Shown in pieces: positions 43,352 to 53,500 of a stretch of 64,000 bases of DNA. The DNA comes from Fidelibacterota bacterium (lineage in GTDB: Bacteria > Fidelibacterota > Marinisomatia > Marinisomatales > TCS55). The translations under genes were made by a program, and so were the position numbers. Where the stretch lies: NCBI GenBank assembly GCA_046861385.1, contig JBHHTW010000001.1, positions 64,001 to 128,000 of the forward strand, in the 5' to 3' direction. Positions within the stretch are counted from its first letter, which is position 1; each line of letters opens with the position of its first letter. The notes under the pieces are model-generated. The model did not search any database. It worked only from the letters and a program-made list of their open reading frames with translations, and was not told where the DNA came from.

Positions 43352-43894
43352 ATGTCAAGAATAGGAAAAGAACCAATTAAAATCCCCGATGATGTCAAAG
43401 TTGACATACATTCAAATATGGTATCAGTTAATGGTCCAAAAGGTGAATTACTAGTAAATATTCATCCGGCTATAAATATTGATCAAAAAAATGATCTCCT
43501 ACATGTTTCTAGATCATCTGATATTAAAAGCCATCGTGCGTTACATGGAACAAGTCGCGTATTAGTGGCTAATGCAATAAAAGGTGTTTCTGAAGGATAT
43601 AAAAAAGAATTGGAAATCAGAGGGGTCGGTTATCAAGCCAAAATGGAAGGTAATCGGCTGGTATTACAATTAGGATATTCTCATGATATTGTTTTTGATC
43701 CCCCTGAAGGAATTGATATTAATGCCAATCGAGACTCAATCAGCATTAGCGGTATAGATAAACAAATGGTTGGAGAAATAGCTGCCAAAATTAGATCTTT
43801 TAGAAAACCTGAACCATATAAGGGTAAGGGAATTAGGTATAAAGATGAATATGTACGTTCAAAGCAAGGTAAAACTGTTGGAGGCAGTGACTAG
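43352..43894 (+). CDS. rplF: 50S ribosomal protein L6
   Basis: MSRIGK start at 43352, PEPYKGKGI. Confidence 0.98.
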   Translation: MSRIGKEPIKIPDDVKVDIHSNMVSVNGPKGELLVNIHPAINIDQKNDLLHVSRSSDIKSHRALHGTSRVLVANAIKGVSEGYKKELEIRGVGYQAKMEGNRLVLQLGYSHDIVFDPPEGIDINANRDSISISGIDKQMVGEIAAKIRSFRKPEPYKGKGIRYKDEYVRSKQGKTVGGSD

Positions 43895-43896
43895 GG

Positions 43897-44268
43897 ATGG
43901 GGCAAAATAAAGTAAAAAATATTCGATTTAGCCGAAGACGCAATCGTAGTAAACGAAATAATCGATTCCATTCTGAACGATATCGTTTAGTTGTCAATAG
44001 AAGTATCAAAAATATTTCAGCTCAGATAATAGATGATATGAATAGTACTACACTGGTTTCAGCTTCCACGATGGATAAAGATATACAAGTGAAAGTAAAA
44101 AAAGTAGACGGTAAGGTTGGGCAGAGCAAATTAGTAGGTACACACCTTGCAGCTAAAGCAAAAAAGAATAAAATTAAAAAAGTAGTATTTGACAGAAATG
44201 GATTCCCTTATCACGGTCGTGTTAAAGCTTTGGCTGATGGCGCTCGTGAAGGCGGGCTGAATTTCTAA
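43897..44268 (+). CDS. rplR: 50S ribosomal protein L18
   Basis: RL.V.RS...[21 protein letters not shown]. Confidence 0.97.
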   Translation: MGQNKVKNIRFSRRRNRSKRNNRFHSERYRLVVNRSIKNISAQIIDDMNSTTLVSASTMDKDIQVKVKKVDGKVGQSKLVGTHLAAKAKKNKIKKVVFDRNGFPYHGRVKALADGAREGGLNF

Positions 44269-44279
44269 AGGAGTTTGAA

Positions 44280-44783
44280 TTGGCAATTATTAATCCAGCT
44301 GAATTAGATCTTCGGGAAGAGACTGTTGTGCGAATCAATCGTGTTGCAAAAGTCACATCACGTGGAAAACGATTCCGTTTTTCTGCACTCGTTGTGGTGG
44401 GAGATGGAAAAGGCCATGTAGGTATCGGACTCGGTAAAGCAAATGAAGTGATGAGTAGTATCTCGAAAGCAAAAGATGATGCAAAAAGAAACATCTTTAA
44501 AGCATCCATAGTTAATGAAACAATTCCTCATAAAATTACCGGTAAACATGGTGCAAGTCGTGTAATGTTAAAGCCAGCGTCAGCAGGTACAGGAATTATT
44601 GCAGGAGCAGCTGTTCGCGCGGTGATGGAACAAGTAGGAGTGCATAATATTTTGACTAAGCGCTATGGCTCAAGCAATATTTTAAACGTAGTAAAGGCGA
44701 CAGTAGATGCACTTAAGAATCTGCAGGATGCTGTTTCTGTAGCAAATAAGCGTGGAATTACGATAAAAGAAGTATTTAATTAA
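44280..44783 (+). CDS. rpsE: 30S ribosomal protein S5
   Basis: RVAKV...G.RFRF.ALVVVGD; TTG start. Confidence 0.98.
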   Translation: MAIINPAELDLREETVVRINRVAKVTSRGKRFRFSALVVVGDGKGHVGIGLGKANEVMSSISKAKDDAKRNIFKASIVNETIPHKITGKHGASRVMLKPASAGTGIIAGAAVRAVMEQVGVHNILTKRYGSSNILNVVKATVDALKNLQDAVSVANKRGITIKEVFN

Positions 44784-44784
44784 A

Positions 44785-44976
44785 ATGAAAGCAAAAACAA
44801 AATCAATTCGCGTTACACAAATACGCAGCCGAATCGGACGTTTACCAAAGCAAAAGGCAACTTTGGATGCTTTGGGATTAAGAAAAATGAATAAAACAGT
44901 AGTATTACCTGATAACGAGACGGTTCGTGGTATGATTAAGAGTATATATTTTTTACTAAATGTAGAGGAAGCGTAA
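44785..44976 (+). CDS. rpmD: 50S ribosomal protein L30
   Basis: VTQIRS.IG...KQKATL.ALGL.K, RGMI. Confidence 0.96.
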   Translation: MKAKTKSIRVTQIRSRIGRLPKQKATLDALGLRKMNKTVVLPDNETVRGMIKSIYFLLNVEEA

Positions 44977-45416
44977 TGAGATTGGGTGAATTAAAACCAA
45001 CACCTGGTACCACCTCAAATAAAAAGCGTAGAGGACGCGGTCCAGGAACCGGATTAGGACGAACCGGTGGACGAGGAGAAAAAGGATATCATTCACGAAG
45101 TGGTAGTAAAACACTTGAATGGTTTGAGGGTGGACAGATGCCTCTCCTTAGGAGACTTCCAAAACGAGGTTTTTCAAACTCAATGTTTAAAAAATCATTT
45201 CAAGTTGTAAATTTATCTTCGATCGAAAAATTGGAGGTCACTGAAGTGACAGCAGAAGTTATGGCCGAAAATGGTTTAGTCCGGTCGGCTCTTCAACCGA
45301 TAAAAATATTAGCTAAAGGCGATATCACGAAGAAATTAAATGTGACAGCAAGCGCTTTTAGTTTGACAGCTAAAGAAAAAATTGAAAAAGCCGGTGGCAC
45401 TGCAATAGTTCAATGA
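44976..45416 (+). CDS. rplO: 50S ribosomal protein L15
   Basis: GRG.G.G.G.T.GRG.KG, FEGGQMPL.RRLPKRGF. Confidence 0.98.
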   Translation: MRLGELKPTPGTTSNKKRRGRGPGTGLGRTGGRGEKGYHSRSGSKTLEWFEGGQMPLLRRLPKRGFSNSMFKKSFQVVNLSSIEKLEVTEVTAEVMAENGLVRSALQPIKILAKGDITKKLNVTASAFSLTAKEKIEKAGGTAIVQ

Positions 45417-46750
45417 TTGATAAAATAAGAAACGTTTTTAGCATACCTGATCTTCGAAAGAGAATTTTCTTTACATTTGGAGTTTTGGTCATAGTCCGTC
45501 TTGGAGCACATCTTCCAATCCCAGGTGTAGATGGGGAAGCACTTCATGCTGCATTTCAAAATATGCAAAATACACTTTTTGGCCTTTTTGACATGTTTGC
45601 TGGAGGCGCATTTCAAAAAGCAACGTTGTTTGCACTGGGGATTATGCCCTATATATCTGCCTCAATTATGATTCAGCTTATGGGTTCAGTTGTTCCGTAT
45701 TTTCAACGATTACAAAAAGAAGGCGAAGCTGGACGAAAAAAAATTACACAAATTACGCGTTACGGTACTGTTTTGATTGCGATGTTTCAAGCATATAGTG
45801 TCACAGTATTCTTAGAATCGATGACTGCAAGTTCGTCATCAGGGACAATATCTGTTGTAACAAATCCTGGGTTTGGATTCAAATTTGTGGCCATTATTAG
45901 TATCGTCACGGGTACTATGTTTTTAATGTGGCTTGGCGAACGGATTACAGAGCGGGGAATTGGAAATGGCATTTCGCTCATTATTATGATTGGTATTATG
46001 TCTCGGTTACCCAATGTCATCATGAGTGAAATCACCCTGATAAATGAAGGGGTACGTAATTTATTATCTGAAGTCATTTTGTTAGGAATCATGTTTGTTA
46101 TTATTGCATTCGTTGTCTTTTTAACACAGGGAACACGCAAAATACCCGTACAATATGCTAAACGCGTTGTCGGGCGAAAAGTATATGGTGGTCAATCAAC
46201 GCATATTCCATTGCGCGTCAATACCGCTGGAGTTATGCCCATCATTTTTGCTCAGGCAATTATGTTTTTACCCAGCACTATTGCTATGTTTTTTGCTGAA
46301 AGTGAATTCATGCAAGGAGTCATGCGCTGGTTTTCATTTGATCACCCATTTTATTGGGCAGTTTTTGGGACAATGATTGTTTTCTTCACATATTTTTATA
46401 CTGCCATCGCTTTCGATCCAGTTCAAGTTTCAACTCAAATGAAACAACACGGCGGTTTTATTCCTGGTATACGTCCGGGGAAAAAGACAGCCGATTATAT
46501 TGATAATATTTTGACCAGAGTGACATTGCCTGGTTCGTTTTTTCTGGCTTTCATTGCTATTTTTCCATATATCCTAATGAATATCATGGATGTAGGTTAT
46601 GATTTGGCATCATTTTTTGGCGGCACAAGTTTATTAATTATCGTCGGTGTTTCATTAGATACATTACAGCAAATTGAATCGCACTTGCTCATGCGTCACT
46701 ATGACGGATTTTTGTCTAAGGGTAAAATACGCGGGCGGAGACGCATGTAA
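45413..46750 (+). CDS. secY: Preprotein translocase SecY
   Basis: FALGIMPYISASI, GIGNGISL, FIPGIRPG, GGTSLLI. Confidence 0.99.
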   Translation: MIDKIRNVFSIPDLRKRIFFTFGVLVIVRLGAHLPIPGVDGEALHAAFQNMQNTLFGLFDMFAGGAFQKATLFALGIMPYISASIMIQLMGSVVPYFQRLQKEGEAGRKKITQITRYGTVLIAMFQAYSVTVFLESMTASSSSGTISVVTNPGFGFKFVAIISIVTGTMFLMWLGERITERGIGNGISLIIMIGIMSRLPNVIMSEITLINEGVRNLLSEVILLGIMFVIIAFVVFLTQGTRKIPVQYAKRVVGRKVYGGQSTHIPLRVNTAGVMPIIFAQAIMFLPSTIAMFFAESEFMQGVMRWFSFDHPFYWAVFGTMIVFFTYFYTAIAFDPVQVSTQMKQHGGFIPGIRPGKKTADYIDNILTRVTLPGSFFLAFIAIFPYILMNIMDVGYDLASFFGGTSLLIIVGVSLDTLQQIESHLLMRHYDGFLSKGKIRGRRRM

Positions 46751-47502
46751 TGGTAAAAGTACGATCATCTAGAGAAATTGACTTAATCGCTGCAAGCTGC
46801 CAGATCGTCGCAGATACTTTGGATATGCTGACGAGTCATATTGTGCCAGGGGCTGAGTTGATAAAATTGGACTCATTAGCCGAAGCCTATATTCTCTCCA
46901 GAGGAGCTAAACCTGCTTTTAAAGGATATATGGGATTTCCCGCTTCCCTGTGCATCTCAATTGATGATGAAGTGGTACATGGAATTCCCGATAGACGATT
47001 TCTGAAAGAAGGTCAAATAGTTGGTTTTGATTGTGGTGCAGAAAAGAACGGTTATTACGGTGATTCAGCCCGAACTTATGCTGTTGGCTCGATATCGGAT
47101 AAAAAGAAAAAATTAATGGATATTACAAGAGAATCCCTTTTTCAAGGAATAAGCAAGGCTAAAGTCGGGAATCATGTTTCTGATATTGGTCATGCCATCC
47201 AAACATACGTTGAAGCGGTTGGATTCTCTGTGGTAAGAGAATTAGTAGGTCATGGTATCGGAACTGCATTGCATGAAGAACCCCAAGTACCTAATTATGG
47301 AAATCCAAAGCAGGGCATTCGACTAAGGCCAGGAATGTGTTTGGCTATTGAACCGATGATTAATATTGGAACTAAAGAAGTATACACGGATAATGATGGT
47401 TGGACGGTTAGAACGAAAGATGGACAATCATCGGCACATTTTGAACATACGATTGCTATTATGGATGATGGCCCGGTTATTCTAACGATGGGTAAAGCCT
47501 GA
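46750..47502 (+). CDS. map: Methionine aminopeptidase type I
   Basis: VVHGIP, GDSARTY, GHGIG..LHEEP, AIEPM, AHFEHT. Confidence 0.97.
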   Translation: MVKVRSSREIDLIAASCQIVADTLDMLTSHIVPGAELIKLDSLAEAYILSRGAKPAFKGYMGFPASLCISIDDEVVHGIPDRRFLKEGQIVGFDCGAEKNGYYGDSARTYAVGSISDKKKKLMDITRESLFQGISKAKVGNHVSDIGHAIQTYVEAVGFSVVRELVGHGIGTALHEEPQVPNYGNPKQGIRLRPGMCLAIEPMINIGTKEVYTDNDGWTVRTKDGQSSAHFEHTIAIMDDGPVILTMGKA

Positions 47503-47729
47503 TGGCAAAAGAACAACCCATAGTCGTTGATGGAATTATTAAAGAAACATTACCCAATGCGACATTCAGAGTTGAAATCGAAATTGGTGACACAAAACAT
47601 GAAGTACTGGCACACGTCAGTGGAAAAATGCGTATGCATTTTATCAAAATATTACCGGGAGATATGGTGACATTAGAAGTATCGCCATATGATTTAAACA
47701 GAGGAAGAATTACTTACAGACAAAAGTAA
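47502..47729 (+). CDS. infA: Translation initiation factor IF-1
   Basis: [26 protein letters not shown]. Confidence 0.98.
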   Translation: MAKEQPIVVDGIIKETLPNATFRVEIEIGDTKHEVLAHVSGKMRMHFIKILPGDMVTLEVSPYDLNRGRITYRQK

Positions 47730-47734
47730 AAATT

Positions 47735-47848
47735 ATGAAAGTACGTCCATCCGTTAAAAAAATGTGTTCAAAGTGTAAGATTATTCGCCGCAAAGGTGTG
47801 GTATTGGTGATCTGTGAAAATCCAAAACATAAACAGAGACAAGGTTAG
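47735..47848 (+). CDS. rpmJ: 50S ribosomal protein L36 (not in ORF track)
   Basis: Translates [37 protein letters not shown]. Confidence 0.97.
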   Translation: MKVRPSVKKMCSKCKIIRRKGVVLVICENPKHKQRQG

Positions 47849-47857
47849 GAGTTACAA

Positions 47858-48235
47858 TTGGCTCGTATTGCTGGTATAGATATTCCGCGAGATAAAAAAG
47901 TCGCGTATTCTCTTCGATATATTTATGGAATTGGCTTAACTACTGCTAAAAAGATATGTGCTGAAGCCAAGGTAGATGAAAATATTCGTGTAAAAGATTT
48001 AAAAGAAGATCAGGTAATTGCTATCCGCGATGCTATCAATAAATTTGAAATAAAGATTGAAGGTGACGCTCGTTCTGAAATGGCCATGAATATTAAGCGC
48101 TTAAAAGACGTGGGATCATACAAAGGTATTCGTCATCGCCGTGGGTTACCTGTAAATGGGCAGCGCACCAAAACAAACGCACGAACCCGCAAAGGAAAAA
48201 AACGAACAATCGGTTTGGGTAAAGGAAGAGTTTAA
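47858..48235 (+). CDS. rpsM: 30S ribosomal protein S13
   Basis: [30 protein letters not shown] start. Confidence 0.98.
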   Translation: MARIAGIDIPRDKKVAYSLRYIYGIGLTTAKKICAEAKVDENIRVKDLKEDQVIAIRDAINKFEIKIEGDARSEMAMNIKRLKDVGSYKGIRHRRGLPVNGQRTKTNARTRKGKKRTIGLGKGRV

Positions 48236-48239
48236 TTAA

Positions 48240-48632
48240 ATGGCAAAACAAAAAAGCGTTAAGAAAAAAACTAAAAAGAAAACAGTAGAACCCAATGGTG
48301 TTGCACATATTAAAGCAACATTTAATAATACTCATGTGACAATAACGGATAGTTTCGGGAATGTGATTGCATGGTCTACAGCCGGAACATCCGGCTTTAA
48401 AGGATCGCGTAAGAGTACGGCCTACGCTGCCACTATGGCGGCAGATAAAGTCGCTAAAGAAGCAATGTCCATGGGATTGTTAAAAGTAGATGTAAAAGTA
48501 AAAGGACCTGGTTCAGGAAGAGAATCATCCATTCGTGCGTTGGCAGCTGCCGGGTTAGAAGTATTATCCATTCGAGACATGACACCGTTACCGCACAACG
48601 GATGTCGTCCACCCAAGAAACGTCGAGTTTAA
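48240..48632 (+). CDS. rpsK: 30S ribosomal protein S11
   Basis: [23 protein letters not shown]. Confidence 0.98.
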   Translation: MAKQKSVKKKTKKKTVEPNGVAHIKATFNNTHVTITDSFGNVIAWSTAGTSGFKGSRKSTAYAATMAADKVAKEAMSMGLLKVDVKVKGPGSGRESSIRALAAAGLEVLSIRDMTPLPHNGCRPPKKRRV

Positions 48633-48646
48633 TAAGAGTAAGATTT

Positions 48647-49264
48647 ATGGCAAAAATAAAAACACCCAAAGGGAAACTTGTTCGGAAATTTGGTGAGAAT
48701 ATTTTCGGAAACCCAAAATTTGATAAAATACTGAATCGTAAACCATACGCAGCAGGGCAACACGGTCAAACTCGCCGCAGAAGATTATCTAACTATGGTG
48801 TTCAGCTTAAAGAAAAACAAAAGATAAAAACTATGTATGGTGTATTAGAACGCCAATTTAAAACTTATTTTGAAAAGGCAGATAAAGCAGTAGGTGAAAC
48901 AGGTACAAATCTTATGCAAATGCTCGAAAGCAGATTGGATAATGTAGTCTATCGTTTGGGTTTCGCATCCACACGTCCTGCTGCCAGACAGTTAGTGAAT
49001 CACGCTCACGTATTAGTGAACAATAAAAAAGTAAATATTCCATCATACAGGGTAAAACCGGGTGATGTGATACAGATTCGCGATCGAAGTAAAAAATTGG
49101 ATCTCATTTTGGAATCAATGAAAAGAATAAAAGGAGATCTTGATCTTCCTTGGCTTGAATTAGATAAAGCCAAGATGACCGGTGTCGTTGTTGCAATTCC
49201 TGAGAGGGAAGATATGCAAGTGCTGGTCAATGAACAATTAGTTGTAGAATTATACTCTAAATAA
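48647..49264 (+). CDS. rpsD: 30S ribosomal protein S4
   Basis: QLKEKQK, LESRLDNVVYRLG, VELYSK; ATG at 48647. Confidence 0.98.
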   Translation: MAKIKTPKGKLVRKFGENIFGNPKFDKILNRKPYAAGQHGQTRRRRLSNYGVQLKEKQKIKTMYGVLERQFKTYFEKADKAVGETGTNLMQMLESRLDNVVYRLGFASTRPAARQLVNHAHVLVNNKKVNIPSYRVKPGDVIQIRDRSKKLDLILESMKRIKGDLDLPWLELDKAKMTGVVVAIPEREDMQVLVNEQLVVELYSK

Positions 49265-49286
49265 ATAATAAAAAGGTATTTCATCC

Positions 49287-50258
49287 ATGGCACATAAACT
49301 GGACCTTAAAGTTCAATTAGATGACAAAACATTAACAGAAACATCATGTACATTTTCATTGCAACCTTTAGAACGAGGTTATGGAATTACACTTGGGAAT
49401 TCTTTACGTCGTGTACTATTAACTTGCGTTCCCGGCGCTGCAATTACGAACATTAAAATTGAAGGTGTCTTACATGAGTTCTCAACCATTAAAGGTGTTA
49501 AAGATGATGTTTCTGACATTATCCAGAACCTGAAAGGAGTCCGTTTTAAACTAATGGACAATGATCCTGATAAGGTCAATATTAAACTTGAAGGCCCCTG
49601 TAAATTCACCGCTAATAATATACAAAAAGCCAGTGACCAGTTTACGATATTGAATAAGAAACATTTCATCACTGAATTAACAGATGAAGTAACATTAGAG
49701 ATTGAACTTCGTATTGGTATTGGTAAAGGATATGTTCCTTCCGGAGAGAATGAACTACCGAATGCACCTGTTGGAACTATTGCAATAGATAGTATCTATA
49801 ATCCGGTAACAAAAGTTACATTTGATGTCAGTCCAGTTCCCGGAGCCAAAGACCCCATTGAAATATTAACTGTGAATGTAGAAACTGATGGTTCTATAAC
49901 CCCTCAGGACGCCAGTAGTTATGCCGCTTCGGTCATGATGGATCATTTAAAATATATCGAAGCCATTTCTAAACCGGAAGTTTTGGAAATATCTGAAGGT
50001 ATTAGCGAAGAAGACCTTAAAATAAGAGTATTGTTAAAAAGAACAATTGATGAGATGGAATTATCTGTGCGAAGCCACAACTGTTTGCAAGCTGCTGGCA
50101 TTAAGTACATTTATGAACTCGTGAATAAAGAAGAGGGCGCCATGCTCAAATACAAGAACTTTGGTAGAAAATCCTTAACAGAATTGGTTGAAAAATTGGA
50201 TGAAATGGGTTTGAGTTTTGGTATGGATGTTGACAATTATTTGAAAGAACCTGCTTAA
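49287..50258 (+). CDS. rpoA: RNA polymerase alpha subunit
   Basis: [34 protein letters not shown]. Confidence 0.98.
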   Translation: MAHKLDLKVQLDDKTLTETSCTFSLQPLERGYGITLGNSLRRVLLTCVPGAAITNIKIEGVLHEFSTIKGVKDDVSDIIQNLKGVRFKLMDNDPDKVNIKLEGPCKFTANNIQKASDQFTILNKKHFITELTDEVTLEIELRIGIGKGYVPSGENELPNAPVGTIAIDSIYNPVTKVTFDVSPVPGAKDPIEILTVNVETDGSITPQDASSYAASVMMDHLKYIEAISKPEVLEISEGISEEDLKIRVLLKRTIDEMELSVRSHNCLQAAGIKYIYELVNKEEGAMLKYKNFGRKSLTELVEKLDEMGLSFGMDVDNYLKEPA

Positions 50259-50259
50259 A

Positions 50260-50652
50260 ATGGCCAAAAATAACAGACATCGCAAATTGGGTGTGAATCC
50301 ATCACATCGTCGAGCAATGCTTATGAATCTTGCTGAGAACCTGATCCTCCATAAGAGAATTAAAACAACTGATTCTCGAGCAAAGGCGCTTCGTGAATAT
50401 ATTGAGCCCCTCATAACGAAAGCAAAAAAAGGTGATTTGAATTCAAGAAGAATGGTATTAAAAAAATTACACAAAGATTCTGTTAAAACATTATTTAATG
50501 AAATAGGTCCCGCATTTTCAGAACGACCAGGCGGCTACACTCGAATAATCAAATTGGGTTTTCGTAAAAGTGACAGCGCAGCAATTTCATTGATTGAATT
50601 AGTTGGTTTTGAAGGTTCAGTGGAAAGCCCATCAGCTTCTGATTCCGAATAA
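50260..50652 (+). CDS. rplQ: 50S ribosomal protein L17
   Basis: [25 protein letters not shown]. Confidence 0.98.
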   Translation: MAKNNRHRKLGVNPSHRRAMLMNLAENLILHKRIKTTDSRAKALREYIEPLITKAKKGDLNSRRMVLKKLHKDSVKTLFNEIGPAFSERPGGYTRIIKLGFRKSDSAAISLIELVGFEGSVESPSASDSE

Positions 50653-50665
50653 TTAATTTTAATTA

Positions 50666-51802
50666 ATGCACGTTCAACACCGAAAAAGGGCAGTCATTTT
50701 GACTGCCTTTCTTTTTTTTACAATTTCTTCTGAAATATATCCTGGATTTCTGTCATTTAATGAACGATGTTTATGGGTTGTCCGCAGCACGATGCAAAAA
50801 AGAGAATCCATTGACCAGATGATCGAATTTGCTAAAAATAATGGTTTTAATCATATATTAGTTCAAGTACGTGGTCGCGGTGATGCCCTCTATAATTCCA
50901 AATTAGTTCCTCGCAGTGAATTGTTGGAAGATACCGTTTTTGATCCACTCTATTATGTGATTCGAAAAGCTCACCAAAATGGATTGAAAGTTCATGCTTG
51001 GATGAATGTTTATCTCATTTGGTCCAAAACCATCCTTCCTAACTCCCAAAACCATGTGTTGAATTCTCATCCGGAATGGATTGATAAAAATGGAAACGAA
51101 TTCACATCTTTATTTAAAACCGATAATAAAATTGATGGAGAAGGGTATTATTTAGCACCGCATCATCCAGAAGTAAAAAAACATTTATTATCAGTATTTC
51201 GGGAAATTTCTGCATTATATGATATTGACGGACTGCATCTTGATTATATCCGTTTTCATGATAACGAATATGGAAATAATTCAGAAGCTAAAGCGACTTA
51301 TTATCAAAAATTATATCACAATAGAAAACCCTTATTTAATAATAATGATGTAGGGACAAATCGTGAGTGGGATAATTTTCGCAAAGCTTCTATTACAGAA
51401 TTATTAAACGATACAAAGCAAATGCTTAAGGAGGTCAGACCTGATTGCATTCTTTCTGCGGCGGTGAAACCCAACGTCCTAGATGCAAAAAATCGCTATT
51501 TTCAAGAATGGGATTATTGGTTAGCTGCCGGGTATTTGGATTGGGTAATACCCATGAATTATACTCCCGATCTGAGAGAATTTGCGGATAATATTAATTT
51601 AATTTATGAAAATCTTCCCAAAAAATACCGAAATAGGATTATTATGGGAATTGCCCTTTATAATCAACCTCCTCTGGATGCTGTCGATAAAATCTATTAT
51701 TCAGAAATAACTCGATTTAAAGGCATCTCGTTTTTTTCTTATAATGTCATAGCGACCCAACCTACATATTTCAAAACGCTAAAGCATTCTCAAAAATATT
51801 AA
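50666..51802 (+). CDS. Glycoside hydrolase-like family 10 (GHL10/UPF0748) exported protein
   Basis: R.LWV, VQVRGRGDA.Y.S, FDPL, HAW.N, DG.HLDYIR, QEW..W...G, PM.Y. Confidence 0.85.
   Translation: MHVQHRKRAVILTAFLFFTISSEIYPGFLSFNERCLWVVRSTMQKRESIDQMIEFAKNNGFNHILVQVRGRGDALYNSKLVPRSELLEDTVFDPLYYVIRKAHQNGLKVHAWMNVYLIWSKTILPNSQNHVLNSHPEWIDKNGNEFTSLFKTDNKIDGEGYYLAPHHPEVKKHLLSVFREISALYDIDGLHLDYIRFHDNEYGNNSEAKATYYQKLYHNRKPLFNNNDVGTNREWDNFRKASITELLNDTKQMLKEVRPDCILSAAVKPNVLDAKNRYFQEWDYWLAAGYLDWVIPMNYTPDLREFADNINLIYENLPKKYRNRIIMGIALYNQPPLDAVDKIYYSEITRFKGISFFSYNVIATQPTYFKTLKHSQKY
50686..50719 (+). terminator. Intrinsic terminator closing the ribosomal superoperon
   Basis: AAGGGCAGTCA-TTT-TGACTGCCTTT followed by CTTTTTTTT, 33 nt after rplQ. 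Confidence 0.8.
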
Positions 51803-51913
51803 TCAATTTCAGTACTTATCTGCATTTTTTTGTAATAAGTGTCCTCTAAACTCAGTTTAATGAGTATTTATATCAGTTTCATATTGTTGGAATGTGTAAG
51901 TTTATTACTAAAG

Positions 51914-53290
51914 ATGAAAAATTATATAATCAAATACTGTATATATTTCTTATGCGGATCATTACTCTATCCGTGCACAACAATATTAGTTGGGAAAGGT
52001 ATGACTGTAGATGGTTCTATTATCCATGCTCATAACGAAGATATGGGTAATCTCACAGTGGGAAGACTATGGAAAGTAAACCACAGAATAGCCGATTATG
52101 ATTCCATTTATGTTCCATATGTAAGAATTCCAACTTCAGAAACGAAATTGGCTTATTGGGCATCAGGCAATACCAAACAAATAAATCGAGAAGAATTAAA
52201 TCGGTTTGTATTACCTTACGATAATATTCTGGTGGGTATGAATGAATCTGGATTAACCTTAAGTTGCAACTGGATGTACTCCAGGGAAATGAATTTAGAA
52301 AATAAGGGTATTCGCCGCTATGCCATCCGACAATTAATATTAGAACGTTGTTCAACTTCATTGGAGGCCGTTAAGCTCATTGGTGAATTGATTGATACCT
52401 ACGGACAAGCGGACTGGGGTGGGCTGACTTATGTAATAGCTGATCAAACAGAAGGGTGGATCGTGGAAACGACAACTCATTTTTGGGTCGCAAAAAAACT
52501 AAGAGACGATGAAATTATCGCCATTGCTAATCAATATACTATTGGAGAAAATTTTGATTTATCCAGTAAGCATCTGATACAAAATGCAATTGATATGGGT
52601 TGGTATAATTCTCAAGCAGCACCATTTAATTTTAAGGAAGTTTATGGAGATCCGGAATATTTAAATGAAGCGTATGACCTTGACAGAGAGAAAAGGGTGA
52701 TAGAATTATTAGATAGTAAACTTGGAAGGATTCGACCTGATGATTTGATGAGCATATTAAGAGACCGTTATCATGATTCAGATGAATACGCGGCACCAAC
52801 TACTTTTGAACCGGACAGAATAACATGTCGAAATAATGGAGCGAAACGGCCTATATGTTCAAATTTATGCCAATCATCATTTGTTGCCCATTTGCGACCC
52901 AATCTCCCTGTGGAATTCGGTTCGGTATTTTGGTATACTATGGCAACTCCGTCATATGGATCGTATTTTCCTCTCTATCCGTCGGGTGATAAAATAATCA
53001 GATCGTTTAGTATAAATAATTCTGAGGAAACTGATTCTACTGCCTGGTGGGTATACCGTCATTTACAACAAATGATTGATGCTGCAGATGCTGAAATCAT
53101 TAAAAGAGTTCGCAATGAAACAGCCGTTATAACAAAAGATATAATGTCAGAACAGTCTGAGCGGGAAATGGAAATTCAAACTTATTTGAAAGTTGGTGAT
53201 GTTAATGGATCCCAGGCTATTATAAATCAATATTCCAATCAGTCAGCAATTAAATCCCTTAACAGCGCGTGGGAAATCCTCGAAAGATAA
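51914..53290 (+). CDS. Peptidase C69 family (Ntn-hydrolase dipeptidase/secernin-like)
   Basis: Signal peptide then CTTILVGK..TVDGS....HNED, GMNE.G, LERCST..EAV..IG.LI..YG; ATG 51914 preferred. Confidence 0.85.
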   Translation: MKNYIIKYCIYFLCGSLLYPCTTILVGKGMTVDGSIIHAHNEDMGNLTVGRLWKVNHRIADYDSIYVPYVRIPTSETKLAYWASGNTKQINREELNRFVLPYDNILVGMNESGLTLSCNWMYSREMNLENKGIRRYAIRQLILERCSTSLEAVKLIGELIDTYGQADWGGLTYVIADQTEGWIVETTTHFWVAKKLRDDEIIAIANQYTIGENFDLSSKHLIQNAIDMGWYNSQAAPFNFKEVYGDPEYLNEAYDLDREKRVIELLDSKLGRIRPDDLMSILRDRYHDSDEYAAPTTFEPDRITCRNNGAKRPICSNLCQSSFVAHLRPNLPVEFGSVFWYTMATPSYGSYFPLYPSGDKIIRSFSINNSEETDSTAWWVYRHLQQMIDAADAEIIKRVRNETAVITKDIMSEQSEREMEIQTYLKVGDVNGSQAIINQYSNQSAIKSLNSAWEILER

Positions 53291-53416
53291 AACCCCATAT
53301 AACCTAATATGGAAAATTTATTCCTGTTTTCCAGTTGTCATTAATTACTTATTTAAGGGTCATTCGAAAAATCATTTTTTTTGATTATTTTTCCTAACAC
53401 AATAGATTTTGGATAA

Positions 53417-53426
53417 GTCTATACAA
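53417..53426 (+). promoter_or_regulatory. Possible HutC-type operator
   Basis: GTCTATACAA fits GT-N-TA-N-AC, ~75 nt upstream of hutU. Confidence 0.3.
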
Positions 53427-53500
53427 TTGGCCTGATGAGAATCTCTGTTTTATCATCGGTTCGGCATCATGTAAATTATTATCATAATTCAGGAGAAAAA

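Noticed and set aside
21345-53500. ORF-track upstream starts for secE, rplF, rpsD, C69 peptidase and hutU
   Set aside because: They overlap other features or lack an RBS; downstream ATGs match family N-termini
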